Assembly: GCA_037381915.1 (NCBI GenBank)
Contig: JARRQJ010000021.1
Span: forward strand, 14,634 to 78,633
Reading direction: 5' to 3'
Source: Gammaproteobacteria bacterium
GTDB lineage: Bacteria; Pseudomonadota; Gammaproteobacteria; DRLM01
DNA: 64,000 nucleotides
In this document: one piece after another, positions 11,974 to 23,849 of the stretch
Layout of the letters: each line of letters begins with the position of its first letter
How positions within the stretch are numbered: the first letter of the stretch is position 1
Program-made: the position numbers and the translations under genes
Notes under the pieces: generated by a model
What the model was told of the DNA's origin: nothing
Databases searched by the model: none
The model's input: the letters and a program-made list of their open reading frames with translations, nothing else

Positions 11974-13230
11974 CTAACAGTGGCCGATGATGGCGTCCCC
12001 AAAATCGGAGCAGCTGAGCTGGGTGGCGGATGGCATTAACCTCGCCAGGTCATAGGTCACCGTCCCGGCCGAGATGGAGGCCGCTAGCCCTCTGACAATC
12101 AAATCGGCCGCCTCCACCCAACCCAGATGGCGCAGCATCATCTCCGCCGACAGGATCAATGAGCTGGGGTTGACGATGTTCTTGCCCGCGTACTTCGGGG
12201 CGGTGCCGTGGGTCGCCTCGAACAATCCCACCGTGTCGGACAGATTCGCGCCCGGTGCGATGCCGATCCCCCCCACCTGCGCCGCCAGCGCGTCCGAGAT
12301 GTAGTCACCATTGAGATTAAGCGTGGCGATCACGTCAAATCCCTCGGCCCGCAGCAGGATTTCCTGAAGAAAGGCGTCGGCGATGACATCTTTAACCACG
12401 ATCTCCCGCCCGGTCTTGGGGTTGACGAAACGGCACCACGGTCCCTTATCGATTTCCTCCGCCCCGAATTCCCGCTTGGCCAGGGCGTATCCCCAGTTCT
12501 TGAAGGCCCCTTCGGTAAATTTCATGATGTTACCCTTGTGCACCAGGGTGACCGAGGCGCGGTCGTTGTCTATGGCGTATTGCAGGGCCTTGCGCACCAG
12601 GCGTTCCGTGCCTTCGCGGGACACCGGTTTGATACCGATACCGGAGGTAGCGGGGAAACGGATCTTTTTTACCCCCATTTCCCCTTGCAGGAATTGAATG
12701 AGCTTGCGCGCCTCAGGGGTCTCCGCCGCCCATTCAATACCGGCGTAAATGTCCTCCGAATTCTCGCGGAAGATGACCATATCGACCTTTTCCGGCGCCT
12801 TGACCGGGCTGGGTGTCCCCGGGTAGTAACGCACCGGCCGGAGGCAAAGGTAGAGATCCAAATCCTGGCGCAAGGCCACGTTGAGGGAACGAATGCCGCC
12901 GCCTACCGGCGTAGTCAAGGGACCTTTGATGCCCACCGCAAATTGACGCAAGGCCTCCAGGGTTTCGCCGGGCAGCCATACATCCTCTCCGTAAATCCCC
13001 GTGGCCTTCTCCCCCGCGTAAACCTCCATCCATGCGATGCTTCGCCGGCCGGCATAGGCCTTGGCCACCACCGCGTCGACGACCTTGCGCATCACCGGGG
13101 TGATGTCGACACCGATCCCGTCGCCTTCTATAAACGGAATGACGGGACGATCGGGAACGCTAAGCGTGCCGTCGGCGGCAGCCGCGATCGCTTCGCCGTC
13201 GTGGGGAACCTGAATCTTGTCGTAGGCCAT
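11974..13230 (-). CDS. icd: NADP-dependent isocitrate dehydrogenase
   Basis: [40 protein letters not shown]. Confidence 0.98.
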   Translation of the reverse strand: MAYDKIQVPHDGEAIAAAADGTLSVPDRPVIPFIEGDGIGVDITPVMRKVVDAVVAKAYAGRRSIAWMEVYAGEKATGIYGEDVWLPGETLEALRQFAVGIKGPLTTPVGGGIRSLNVALRQDLDLYLCLRPVRYYPGTPSPVKAPEKVDMVIFRENSEDIYAGIEWAAETPEARKLIQFLQGEMGVKKIRFPATSGIGIKPVSREGTERLVRKALQYAIDNDRASVTLVHKGNIMKFTEGAFKNWGYALAKREFGAEEIDKGPWCRFVNPKTGREIVVKDVIADAFLQEILLRAEGFDVIATLNLNGDYISDALAAQVGGIGIAPGANLSDTVGLFEATHGTAPKYAGKNIVNPSSLILSAEMMLRHLGWVEAADLIVRGLAASISAGTVTYDLARLMPSATQLSCSDFGDAIIGHC

Positions 13231-13309
13231 GCCGGTCTCCTAAGATGCTTGATGCGCTAAACGCACCATTCTAGCAGTATGTGCCAATGCGCAGCTAATT
13301 CGGCACACG

Positions 13310-13873
13310 ATGATGACGCAGATCGTTTTATTCAATAAGCCCTATGATGTCCTTTGCCAGTTTACCGACGCCGCGGGGCGGGCCACTCTGGCGGATTATA
13401 TTCCGATCAAGGGAGTCTATCCCGCCGGACGTCTGGACCGCGACAGCGAAGGCCTGCTGGTGCTGACCGATTGTGGACGGCTGCAACATCGCATCGCCGA
13501 CCCGCGCCACAAGCTGACGAAGCATTACTGGGTCCAGGTGGAGGGAGAACCGGACGACGAAGCGCTTGGCCGCTTGCGCGCCGGGGTAATGCTCAAAGAC
13601 GGGATGTCGGCGCCCGCCGCTGCGGCCTTGATCCCTCCACCGGCAATCTGGCCGCGCAGCCCGCCGATCCGCCACCGCGCCCATATCCCCACTGCATGGC
13701 TGGAACTCACTATACGTGAAGGCCGCAATCGGCAGGTGCGGCGTATGACCGCGGCGGTCGGTCATCCCACCCTGCGCTTGATCCGTTACCGTATCGGAGA
13801 CTGGACACTGGGGACGCTCAAGCCGGGAGAATATCGCGTATCCGTCTATCGCCAATCCCGTCGCAAGTTCTGA
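13310..13873 (+). CDS. rluE: 23S rRNA pseudouridine synthase RluE
   Basis: [29 protein letters not shown]; divergent from icd. Confidence 0.9.
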   Translation: MMTQIVLFNKPYDVLCQFTDAAGRATLADYIPIKGVYPAGRLDRDSEGLLVLTDCGRLQHRIADPRHKLTKHYWVQVEGEPDDEALGRLRAGVMLKDGMSAPAAAALIPPPAIWPRSPPIRHRAHIPTAWLELTIREGRNRQVRRMTAAVGHPTLRLIRYRIGDWTLGTLKPGEYRVSVYRQSRRKF

Positions 13874-13891
13874 TCATGTTATAGTTTTTCG

Positions 13892-14344
13892 ATGAACGAC
13901 AGACATCACATCACCGTCGCCGCACTGATCGAACGGGAGGGGCGCTATTTGCTGGTGGAGGAACGCAGTGGTGGACGGATCGTGTACAATCAACCGGCCG
14001 GACACGTGGAGATGGGAGAGGATTTGCTTGAGGCGGTGGTCCGCGAGACTTGGGAAGAAACCGCATGGCGGTTCCAACCACAAGCCCTTTCCGGCGTCTA
14101 CCACTGGACCAATCCGGAAAATCGCAACACCTATCTGCGATTCTGTTTCACCGGGTCGTGCCATGACCATGATCCACATCAAGCCTTGGACACCGGCATA
14201 ATCGGCACCTGGTGGCTGACGCGGGACGACTTGGTGGCGCGCGCCGGACAACAGCGCAGCCCCATGGTGTTACGTTGCATCGATGATTATCAAGCCGGGA
14301 AACGCTATCCTCTGGAGTTGTACACGGACGTTTCAAAGATTTGA
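13892..14344 (+). CDS. nudJ: NUDIX hydrolase NudJ
   Basis: NQPAGH, AVVRETWEET Nudix box; rluE-nudJ-mnmA synteny. Confidence 0.88.
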   Translation: MNDRHHITVAALIEREGRYLLVEERSGGRIVYNQPAGHVEMGEDLLEAVVRETWEETAWRFQPQALSGVYHWTNPENRNTYLRFCFTGSCHDHDPHQALDTGIIGTWWLTRDDLVARAGQQRSPMVLRCIDDYQAGKRYPLELYTDVSKI

Positions 14345-14371
14345 AGCGTCATTATCACCGATTCGACCCCC

Positions 14372-15505
14372 ATGAACAGTCCTTCGCCCACGACCGAGCA
14401 TAAACACCATTTTCCCGTCGCTACCCAAAAGGTGGTAATCGGCATGTCGGGCGGCGTGGATTCCTCAGTGGCCGCTTATCTGTTGAAACACCAGGGTTAC
14501 GACGTCTGCGGCATCTTTATGCACAATTGGCGGGAGACGAATCCGGAATTTCCCTGTACCGCCACCGAAGACGCCCATGACGCCCTGGAGGTGTGTGACA
14601 GCCTCGGCATCGAACTCGACGCCATCGACTTTTCCAGCGAATACTGGCAACGCGTGTTCGCCTATTTCCTGGACGAATATCGCCGCGGGCGTACGCCTAA
14701 TCCCGATGTCCTGTGTAACAAGGAGATCAAATTCAACGCCTTTCTCGATCACGCGCTTGCCCAGGGCGCGGACTGCATCGCGACCGGCCACTATGCGCGC
14801 ATCCAGGAGACGGATGGATGCTATCGCCTGCTGAAAGCGCGGGACCCTGGCAAGGATCAGAGCTATTTCCTTTATACCTTGGGCCAGGCGCAACTGGCGC
14901 GCAGCCTGTTCCCGGTGGGTGGGCTCCACAAATCCGAGGTCAGGCGCATCGCCCGCGAGCAAGGTTTCGCCAATGCCGCGAAGAAGGACAGCACCGGCAT
15001 CTGTTTCATCGGCGAGCGGGACTTCAACAAATTCTTGTCGCATTATCTGCCCGCGCAGCCGGGCGAAATCCGCACAGCCGACGGCCGGCATCTGGGTTCC
15101 CACGACGGCCTGATGTACTACACCCTGGGACAACGCAAGGGGATCGGCATCGGCGGGCGGAAAGGGATGGACGAAAGTCCCTGGTATGTGGTGGACAAGG
15201 ATATGGCGAATAACATTCTTGTCGTCGCCCAGGGCCACGACCATCCCCTGCTTTACCACCGCGGTCTCCGGGCCGGCGCCGTGCATTGGGTGGCGGGCGA
15301 ACCACCCGCCATCCCGCTGCGCTGCCGGGCCAAGACCCGCTATCGCCAAACCGAGCGGGACTGCGTGGTGTCGCGCGATGGGAGCGACGCTTATCTCGTT
15401 CACTTCGATGAGGCGCAACGTGCCGTGACCCCGGGTCAGTCCGTGGTGTTTTATCAGGGAGAGGTGTGTTTGGGCGGCGGCATCATAGAAAAAATCGTCA
15501 GTTGA
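14372..15505 (+). CDS. mnmA: tRNA 2-thiouridylase MnmA
   Basis: [39 protein letters not shown]. Confidence 0.98.
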   Translation: MNSPSPTTEHKHHFPVATQKVVIGMSGGVDSSVAAYLLKHQGYDVCGIFMHNWRETNPEFPCTATEDAHDALEVCDSLGIELDAIDFSSEYWQRVFAYFLDEYRRGRTPNPDVLCNKEIKFNAFLDHALAQGADCIATGHYARIQETDGCYRLLKARDPGKDQSYFLYTLGQAQLARSLFPVGGLHKSEVRRIAREQGFANAAKKDSTGICFIGERDFNKFLSHYLPAQPGEIRTADGRHLGSHDGLMYYTLGQRKGIGIGGRKGMDESPWYVVDKDMANNILVVAQGHDHPLLYHRGLRAGAVHWVAGEPPAIPLRCRAKTRYRQTERDCVVSRDGSDAYLVHFDEAQRAVTPGQSVVFYQGEVCLGGGIIEKIVS

Positions 15506-15526
15506 GCCTCGATCCGGCTGCGGCAG

Positions 15527-16153
15527 ATGGCAGAGCATACTATTACCGATCGCACCCTGGCCCTCGCCGGGATCTTTCAGGCCGCCAGCCTGGTACAGGA
15601 ATTGGCCGATCGGGGCAGCGCCGATCCCCAGGCCCTGCAGGCAAGTCTGGGAAGTATCTTCCAGGTCGACCCGCCCACGACCGAGGCGATCTTCGGCGGC
15701 ACCGCCGGGCTTCGTCGGGGCTTACAAGACTTGCTGGAACATCTGTCGGGAAACCAGGACTCCCACAAGGCTCAGGTCGTCAAATATGCCATCGGCGTGC
15801 TTTACCTGGAGCGGCAACTGGCCAAACGACCGGAATTGCTGCGCCAGATCCGTGTTGGCATCGAACGCGCCCGCCTGCAGAGCGAGCATTTCTCCCTGAC
15901 CCATGCAAACATACTGGCCAGTCTCGCCGGCTGTTACAGTGACACGGTCAGCACCCTGACACCGCGGATTATCGTATCCGGACAACAAGGCCATTTGTCC
16001 AATCCGGAAGTCGCCAATACCGTGCGCGCCCTGTTGTTGGCGGCGATTCGTTCCGCGGTCTTGTGGCGTCAGTGCGGCGGTAATCGCATCCAGTTGCTGT
16101 TCGGGCGGCGGCGGCTGATCGCCAAAGCGCAGCGCCTATTGGACACCATCTGA
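15527..16153 (+). CDS. hflD: High frequency lysogenization protein HflD
   Basis: LALAGIFQAA, PRIIVSG, RALLLAAIRSAVLWRQ.GG; mnmA-hflD-purB synteny. Confidence 0.95.
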   Translation: MAEHTITDRTLALAGIFQAASLVQELADRGSADPQALQASLGSIFQVDPPTTEAIFGGTAGLRRGLQDLLEHLSGNQDSHKAQVVKYAIGVLYLERQLAKRPELLRQIRVGIERARLQSEHFSLTHANILASLAGCYSDTVSTLTPRIIVSGQQGHLSNPEVANTVRALLLAAIRSAVLWRQCGGNRIQLLFGRRRLIAKAQRLLDTI

Positions 16154-16198
16154 TACCGGCGCTCGCGGTTTACTCAAGGCCATCCATTCCGGCAATAG

Positions 16199-17608
<1,410 letters not shown>

Positions 17609-17684
17609 CGTAGCGCGCGCGAGCATCTCCGGAACGGACGGGCGGCGACGCTCTTCGAGACGGGCCGCTGATTTATTCTGAGTT

Positions 17685-17884
17685 GTATCAGCGCTGGGCG
17701 CCGACGCCGGCGCCTCCATTAAAGTTCGGCCTGCGAAATCCGATACGTCCCTTGACACAGGTAGCGGCAACTCTCATCCCCCAACCCCCCTGTCGCTACC
17801 TGAGCCACCCACTGAGCCCCAATCACGCATTGGGCCGTCTCGGCCACCCTGAGCCCCGGCATGCCAAGTGCCGGGGCTTTTTTT
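17685..17884 (+). ncRNA. Candidate structured small RNA in the purB-rnd intergenic region
   Basis: Several hairpins (17697-17714; 12-bp stem 17758-17802 with C-rich loop; 17818-17834) ending in an intrinsic terminator; possible -10 TATTCT at 17674. Confidence 0.45.
17852..17884 (+). terminator. Rho-independent terminator
   Basis: AGCCCCGGCA-TGCCAAG-TGCCGGGGC followed by T7. Confidence 0.85.
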
Positions 17885-18001
17885 GTCTGTTACGCAACGG
17901 TGAATTCTCCAGGCACGGCCCAGCCGCCGGCTATAGCGGCGGAGCTATCCCATAGCTAAGCGAGGTGGCCGCCCAGCCCGTTGCTTGCTATGCTGCGCGC
18001 C

Positions 18002-19165
18002 ATGAAGGATTTCAACGACTATTTGCTGATCGATACGACCCCCGCCCTGGCAGAGCTTTGTTCCCGGCTTCAGGATGCCACCTGGCTGGCAGTCGACACG
18101 GAATTCCTGCGTGAAAGCACTTATTATCCCAAACTCTGCTTAGTGCAGATCGCTACCCCGGAGTTGGTCGCCTGTATCGATACCATCTCCATCGGGGATA
18201 TAACGCCATTCCTCGATCTCGTCTACGATACAAAGATCACCAAGGTCATGCACGCCGCCCGGCAGGACCTGGAAATTTTTCATCGTCTGCGCGGAAACCT
18301 ACCTCGACCGCTCTTCGACTCGCAATTAGCGGCGCCGTTAGTGGGCTATCCCGAACAAATGGGTTATGCTCCCCTGGTAGACGCCTTGCTCGGCGTACAT
18401 CTGAGCAAGGCCCATACCCGCACCGATTGGTCCCATCGTCCGCTCAGCGACGCTCAACTCCATTATGCCGCCGATGATGTACGTTATCTCGCGCAACTCT
18501 ATCCCCTGTTGCGCGACAAACTGGAACAGTTACACCGCCTTGATTGGCTCTCCGGCGACTTCGCCGCCTTGATCGATCCCGGCCAATACGAACGGCCGCC
18601 CGAACAGGCCTGGCTGAGGATAAAAGGCATTCAACACCTGCGCGGCCACCGCCTCGCCGCCCTTCAGTCGCTTGCCGCCTGGCGCGAGCGAACCGCCCGC
18701 AGCGAAGATCGGCCACGTAACTGGCTGCTGCGCGACGACACTCTCATCGACTTGGCGAAAATACAACCCGGGGATAAATCCGCCTTATTGCGCATCCGCG
18801 GCGTCAACGCCCAGGTGGCGCATAGACACGGCGAGGTTTTGTTGAAGCTCATAGAAAAGAGCAAAGACCTCGAACCCGAACCTTTGCCGGCTGCGGCCGT
18901 GCATACCCGCCCCGGCGCCGGACAGGAAACCGTCGTGGAATTGTTATTAACGGCGGCGAGCCTGCTGGGGGAACAGCATCGCATCAATCCAACGCTCATC
19001 ACCAACCGCAAGGAACTGGCACGCTTGATCCAGGGTGATCTCCAGCTCAATCTCCTGCAGGGCTGGCGGCGCAAACTCGCGGGGGAATCCTTGCTGGCGG
19101 TACTGCGGGGCGAGTATGGCCTGCGGGTGATCGACGGTAAGGTGCACCTGGAAAAAACGGCTTAG
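18002..19165 (+). CDS. rnd: Ribonuclease D
   Basis: AVDTEF..E.TYYP.LCLVQI, HAARQDL, DWSHRPLS.AQLHYAADDV, HRDC region. Confidence 0.95.
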   Translation: MKDFNDYLLIDTTPALAELCSRLQDATWLAVDTEFLRESTYYPKLCLVQIATPELVACIDTISIGDITPFLDLVYDTKITKVMHAARQDLEIFHRLRGNLPRPLFDSQLAAPLVGYPEQMGYAPLVDALLGVHLSKAHTRTDWSHRPLSDAQLHYAADDVRYLAQLYPLLRDKLEQLHRLDWLSGDFAALIDPGQYERPPEQAWLRIKGIQHLRGHRLAALQSLAAWRERTARSEDRPRNWLLRDDTLIDLAKIQPGDKSALLRIRGVNAQVAHRHGEVLLKLIEKSKDLEPEPLPAAAVHTRPGAGQETVVELLLTAASLLGEQHRINPTLITNRKELARLIQGDLQLNLLQGWRRKLAGESLLAVLRGEYGLRVIDGKVHLEKTA

Positions 19166-19536
19166 GCCTGTTCGACGAACTCCAGGGCGTTGCCGTCGGG
19201 ATCGCGGCAAAACAAGGCCTTCCTTCCCGACCGGCTGCGCGTATACGCGATGCCCGCCGCGTCCAGAGCCATTCGCAGTTCCTCCACGTCGGAAACGCCC
19301 AGGGCGACATGCCGGTCGCGCCCACCGTGGGCGGGACGTCCCGTCACCGGATCGGGATTGGGCAATTCCATGAGGTGGATCTGCTGGCGACCCATCCGCA
19401 GCCAGGCGCCGGGATAGCCCAGGTCGGGACGCCTGGCATCCCTCTCCAGGCCCAAGACCCCTTGATAGAATTCCAGGGAACGCGCCGTGTTCTCCACCAG
19501 CAAACCGGCATGCAAGACATCATTGATCGTGAACAT
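19162..19536 (-). CDS. VOC/glyoxalase family protein
   Basis: LHAGLLV...FYQGVLGL, GRDRHVAL, FCRDPDGNALE. Confidence 0.88.
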   Translation of the reverse strand: MFTINDVLHAGLLVENTARSLEFYQGVLGLERDARRPDLGYPGAWLRMGRQQIHLMELPNPDPVTGRPAHGGRDRHVALGVSDVEELRMALDAAGIAYTRSRSGRKALFCRDPDGNALEFVEQA

Positions 19537-19649
19537 AGTGTCCTATTCTTAAAACGGCGCCGCCATGCCGCTGTCGTGACCCATCGAGGCGGCGACGATC
19601 CGCGCCGATGTACAATTCCCCCTGGCCCGTCGTCCAAGCAGGAGCGCAG

Positions 19650-21080
19650 TTGAACCCGAATACTCCCCTATACCTGGCCATCGATCAAGGCGGACACGCC
19701 AGCCGTGCCTCGCTGGTCACGGCGGACGGCGCCGTCATCGGCAGCGCCCGTGTCCCTGTTCAGACCCGGCACAAAGCAGCGGAACAAGTCGAACATGACC
19801 CGGAGGACATGGTGGCATCGGTCCGGGCGGCGATCAACGAAGCCGTGGCCTGCACGGGCCCCGCACCCATTATGGCCGCCGGACTGGCAACGCAGCGTTC
19901 TTCGGTGGTGTGCTGGGAGCTCGACAGCGGCGCGGCGCTGTCCCCGGTCCTCAGCTGGCAGGACCGCCGCACGGCCGGCTGGCTCGAGCAGCTTGCGGAA
20001 CATGCCGCGGAAATCCGGCAACGCACCGGCCTGCCCCTATCACCGCATTATGGCGCAAGCAAGCTACGCTGGTGCCTGGATCACCTTCCCGCTGTGAAGG
20101 AGGCCTGGAAAGACGGGCGACTCGCCTGGGGACCCTTGGCCAGCTTCTTGACATACCGTCTTACGGAGGAAAAGACCCTGGCCGCTGATCCGGCCAACGC
20201 CTCACGCACCTTGTTATGGAGTCTTGACGACGGTGACTGGGACCCGCGTCTTGCGGAGCTGTTCGGCGTGCCGACCGGAGCATTACCCCCGTGCGCCGAC
20301 ACGCGCCAGGCCTGGGGGCATATCGCTGTCGAGCAACGGCGCATCCCGCTCGCAGTGGTGACCGGCGACCAATCCGCCGCCTTATTCGCCGCCGGTCAGC
20401 GCGAATCCAGGGTAATGATCAATCTCGGCACCGGAGCCTTCCTGCAACAAGGTCTGCCGCACCGTCCCCCGCCCTCCCGCCTGCTCGCCGGTTTGGCGTT
20501 CCAGGCTGCGACACGGCGGGTCTACGCCCTCGAGGGCACCGTCAACGGCGCGGGCAGTGCCTTGTCCTGGGTGGCCGGGGAGTTGGACCTGGAACAGGGG
20601 GAACTCTTTCGGCGCCTGCCGGGCTGGCTGAACAGCTGCAAACGACCGCCGCTATTCCTCAACGGCATCGCCGGGCTGGGAACGCCGTACATGCGCCCGA
20701 TCTTCGCATCGCGTTTCATCGGAGAGGGATCGTCTGTGGAAAAGTGCGTGGCGGTGTGCGAGAGCATCGTCTTCCTGTTGCAGATCAATCTGGAGGAGAT
20801 GGCCGCTGGCGGCTGTCCCGCGCGGGAAATCATCATCAGCGGCGGACTTTCCGAACTGGACGGCCTTTGTCAACGCCTCGCCGATCTGAGCGGTCTGCCC
20901 GTGTACCGTCCGCAGAATCACGAGGCCACCGTCCAAGGCTTGATCCATTTGCTGGCACATGGTGCAAGGCCCATGACGGATGCAGATATGGGAACGGGCT
21001 TCCTGCCCCGGAATCACCACGACCTGCACAGCCGTTATCGCGCGTGGCACGGCGTACTGGACGCCGCACTGCTTAAATAA
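19650..21080 (+). CDS. FGGY-family carbohydrate kinase (glycerol kinase-like)
   Basis: LAIDQGG, ATQRSS, WQDRR, D..NASRTLL, GDQSAA, N.GTG.F; SD GGAG before TTG 19650. Confidence 0.85.
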   Translation: MNPNTPLYLAIDQGGHASRASLVTADGAVIGSARVPVQTRHKAAEQVEHDPEDMVASVRAAINEAVACTGPAPIMAAGLATQRSSVVCWELDSGAALSPVLSWQDRRTAGWLEQLAEHAAEIRQRTGLPLSPHYGASKLRWCLDHLPAVKEAWKDGRLAWGPLASFLTYRLTEEKTLAADPANASRTLLWSLDDGDWDPRLAELFGVPTGALPPCADTRQAWGHIAVEQRRIPLAVVTGDQSAALFAAGQRESRVMINLGTGAFLQQGLPHRPPPSRLLAGLAFQAATRRVYALEGTVNGAGSALSWVAGELDLEQGELFRRLPGWLNSCKRPPLFLNGIAGLGTPYMRPIFASRFIGEGSSVEKCVAVCESIVFLLQINLEEMAAGGCPAREIIISGGLSELDGLCQRLADLSGLPVYRPQNHEATVQGLIHLLAHGARPMTDADMGTGFLPRNHHDLHSRYRAWHGVLDAALLK

Positions 21081-21186
21081 ATCGCTCGAATTGAATAAAA
21101 TGCTGTTAAAACATCACAAATACATTGCCAAGCCCGGCGACTAACGTGTACATTTTTTCGGGCTCGACAGCAGAAAGGATAGAGGC

Positions 21187-21942
21187 ATGGAGGCACCGCA
21201 ACTCATCGCCCACCGGGGATATCCCCGGCGATACCCGGAAAACACCCTGGAAGGGATGGTCGCTGCCATCAAGGCGGGGGCATGTTTTGTGGAGTTCGAC
21301 GTGCAATTCACCGCTGACAGCGTCCCCGTGCTGTTGCACGACGCCAGCCTGATGCGGACCACCGGGACCCGGGGACGCATCGTCAATACCGACCTGGAAA
21401 AACTCGCCAACCTGCCGGCCAATGAACCGAGCCGCTTCGGTAAACGCTTTCGCACCTTTACCATCCCGACACTCGCCGCGGCGGTGGAGCTGCTGCGCGA
21501 GTATCCCCGCGTTGTACCCTTCATAGAACTCAAGGAAGAAAGCCTGGAGAAACTCGGACGGGAAATCGCGGTGAAAACCGCCCTTGCCGTGTTGAACCCG
21601 ATCCAATCGCGCTGTGTCGTCATTTCCTATGACATCCTGGCCCTGCGTTGTGCCCGCGCCATGGGCGCCAAGCGCATCGGCTGGGTGATGAAGAATTGGA
21701 CCCAGGACGCCCTGACCCGCGCCACCGAACTGGTGCCGGACTTCCTCATCTGTAATCACACCAAACTACCCAAGGCCCCGGCGCCGTTGTGGCACGGCCC
21801 ATGGAAATGGGTGTTTTATGACGTAACCCAGGCCAAGCTGGCCTTGCAGTTGGCCGCGCGCGGCGCCTCGTTGATCGAAACCATGGCCATCGGTGAAATG
21901 CTGAAGAACCCGCAGCTGAAGCGCGGGGGATGCTTTGATTGA
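21187..21942 (+). CDS. Glycerophosphodiester phosphodiesterase family protein
   Basis: IAHRG....PENTL, VEFDVQ, LLHD, IELK. Confidence 0.9.
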   Translation: MEAPQLIAHRGYPRRYPENTLEGMVAAIKAGACFVEFDVQFTADSVPVLLHDASLMRTTGTRGRIVNTDLEKLANLPANEPSRFGKRFRTFTIPTLAAAVELLREYPRVVPFIELKEESLEKLGREIAVKTALAVLNPIQSRCVVISYDILALRCARAMGAKRIGWVMKNWTQDALTRATELVPDFLICNHTKLPKAPAPLWHGPWKWVFYDVTQAKLALQLAARGASLIETMAIGEMLKNPQLKRGGCFD

Positions 21943-23122
21943 GCGTTATGACGTCGTAGTCATCGGTGGCGGCATACACGGGGTGGGGGTAGCACAGGCC
22001 GCGGCGGCGCAAGGTTACTCCGTACTGGTTCTGGAACAGACGGCGCTCGCAGCCGGGACTTCCAGCCGCTCCAGCAAACTGATTCACGGCGGGCTGCGTT
22101 ACTTGGAAAGCGCGCAATTCTCCCTGGTGCGCGAGTGTTTGCACGAGCGTGCCCTGCTGCTCAAGCTGGCGCCGGAACTGGTGCACCTGCGGCCCTTTTA
22201 CCTGCCTGTGTACCGCCACACCCGGCGTCGTCCCTGGAAGGTCCGCGTGGGTTTGACGCTCTACGATCTGCTGGCCGGCGGCAGCAAGGTATCGCCGTCT
22301 TCCACGCTGTCCCGTCACCATTGGGAGCGCTTGGACGGCCTCATCACCGATGATCTGGAGGCGGTATTTTGTTATCCCGATGCCCAGACCGACGATGTCG
22401 CCCTCACCCGCGCGGTGATGCAGTCGGCCCAGGAACTGGGAGCGGAGTTGTGTATGCCCGCGTTGTTACAGCGCGTGGACTGTCATGCCCACGGTGCGAC
22501 CGTCCACTATCAAATGGGAGAGCAAGGCCATCAATGTGAATGTTTCGCGGTGGTAAACGCCGCCGGGCCTTGGGTCAACGAGGTCCTGAGCAAGGTCAGT
22601 CCCAGTCCACGGCAAATCAAAATCGAGCTGGTGGCGGGCACCCACATCGTGGTCCCGGAACCCTTGACCCAAGGCATCTACTACCTGGAGGCCCCGCGGG
22701 ATCATCGCGCGGTGTTCGTGATGCCCTGGCGCCGTAAGACTCTGGTCGGCACCACGGAAACCATTTATCAAGGCGACCCTTCGCTGGTCCGACCCCTAAA
22801 CAGTGAGATCGATTACCTGTGGGAAACCTTCAGCCATTATTTCCCCCACTATCGCCAGACCCCGCCAAATATTTTCGCGGTATTCGCCGGCTTGCGGGTA
22901 CTCCCCGCCAAGGGGGGCAGTCCGTTCGGTCGCTCCCGGGAAACCATCCTCCATCCTGATCATCCCGCCAAGCCCCGGGTGCTCACCGTCTACGGTGGCA
23001 AACTGACCGCTTACCGCGCTACCGCCGCCGCGGTCATGGCGCGGCTGCGTCCCAGTCTCCCGTCACGCAAGGCCGTTGCCACCACTGATACCCTGCCTCT
23101 AAAACCGGCTCCCTCTGCCTGA
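21935..23122 (+). CDS. FAD-dependent glycerol-3-phosphate dehydrogenase/oxidase (short GlpD-like)
   Basis: IGGGIHG, GTSSRSSKLIHGGLRYL, VNAAGPWV, GGKLT.YR; overlaps the GDPD stop. Confidence 0.85.
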   Translation: MIERYDVVVIGGGIHGVGVAQAAAAQGYSVLVLEQTALAAGTSSRSSKLIHGGLRYLESAQFSLVRECLHERALLLKLAPELVHLRPFYLPVYRHTRRRPWKVRVGLTLYDLLAGGSKVSPSSTLSRHHWERLDGLITDDLEAVFCYPDAQTDDVALTRAVMQSAQELGAELCMPALLQRVDCHAHGATVHYQMGEQGHQCECFAVVNAAGPWVNEVLSKVSPSPRQIKIELVAGTHIVVPEPLTQGIYYLEAPRDHRAVFVMPWRRKTLVGTTETIYQGDPSLVRPLNSEIDYLWETFSHYFPHYRQTPPNIFAVFAGLRVLPAKGGSPFGRSRETILHPDHPAKPRVLTVYGGKLTAYRATAAAVMARLRPSLPSRKAVATTDTLPLKPAPSA

Positions 23123-23207
23123 ATCCCGGCCGACTGCGGATTGAAGCCTCGCGCCCATCCGCCGATAAAGAGACAACCTCAGTTCAACCGGGAACAGGTA
23201 AATTTTC

Positions 23208-23657
23208 ATGTCCACGATTCGCAAGCTACCGTTACTGGGGATGATTCTGATCCTCGCACCCTTGTCGGCCCAGGCCGTCTTCTACAAATGGGTCGACGAA
23301 AACGGCGTGACTCAATACACGCAAAGCCCACCGCCGTCCGGCGGCTACCAGGAGATGTCCTCGCCCCCTCCGCCGGCCTCGACTTCGGAACAGCAACCGG
23401 CGGCGACGGCTTCCCCTCAGCAGGATTCCACGAGCGCGCCGGCAAAGACGCCATCTCCGGATCCGCAGATGCAAGCCAAGCGCCAACACGCGCTAGAACA
23501 AAATTGCCAGATCGCCCGACAGAACCTCGACCTGCTGGAAAATCATGCCCGCTTACGTGTCAAGGCTGCGGACGGCTCCCTCCGGGTCATGAGCGAACAA
23601 GAAAAACAGGCCAAGCTGGAGGAGACCCGCAAGATGCTAGACGAGAACTGCCGGTAG
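23208..23657 (+). CDS. Secreted DUF4124-type protein
   Basis: Signal peptide then YKWVDENGVTQYTQSPP, P/S-rich linker, two C-terminal Cys. Confidence 0.8.
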   Translation: MSTIRKLPLLGMILILAPLSAQAVFYKWVDENGVTQYTQSPPPSGGYQEMSSPPPPASTSEQQPAATASPQQDSTSAPAKTPSPDPQMQAKRQHALEQNCQIARQNLDLLENHARLRVKAADGSLRVMSEQEKQAKLEETRKMLDENCR

Positions 23658-23733
23658 GAACACCGCGGGCCCGGTGCCGCCGTCGATCGCCTCCTTTTCC
23701 CTAGCAACCCGGAAAACTCGTTTCAGAAACCGT

Positions 23734-23820
23734 TATAATCCCGCCACTGACGAACACCAGCTCTCCCCCGCACCAGGCTTGCGATTCCTCCGCAGCCGGC
23801 CGGTGCGGAGAGCATTGTTC
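23734..23820 (+). promoter_or_regulatory. -10 box followed by a long 5'-leader hairpin
   Basis: TATAAT at 23734-23739; multi-segment stem 23752-23820 upstream of the aldolase/SDR gene. Confidence 0.4.
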
Positions 23821-23849
23821 ATTATTAGGCCGGCAATCGGACAAACTCC

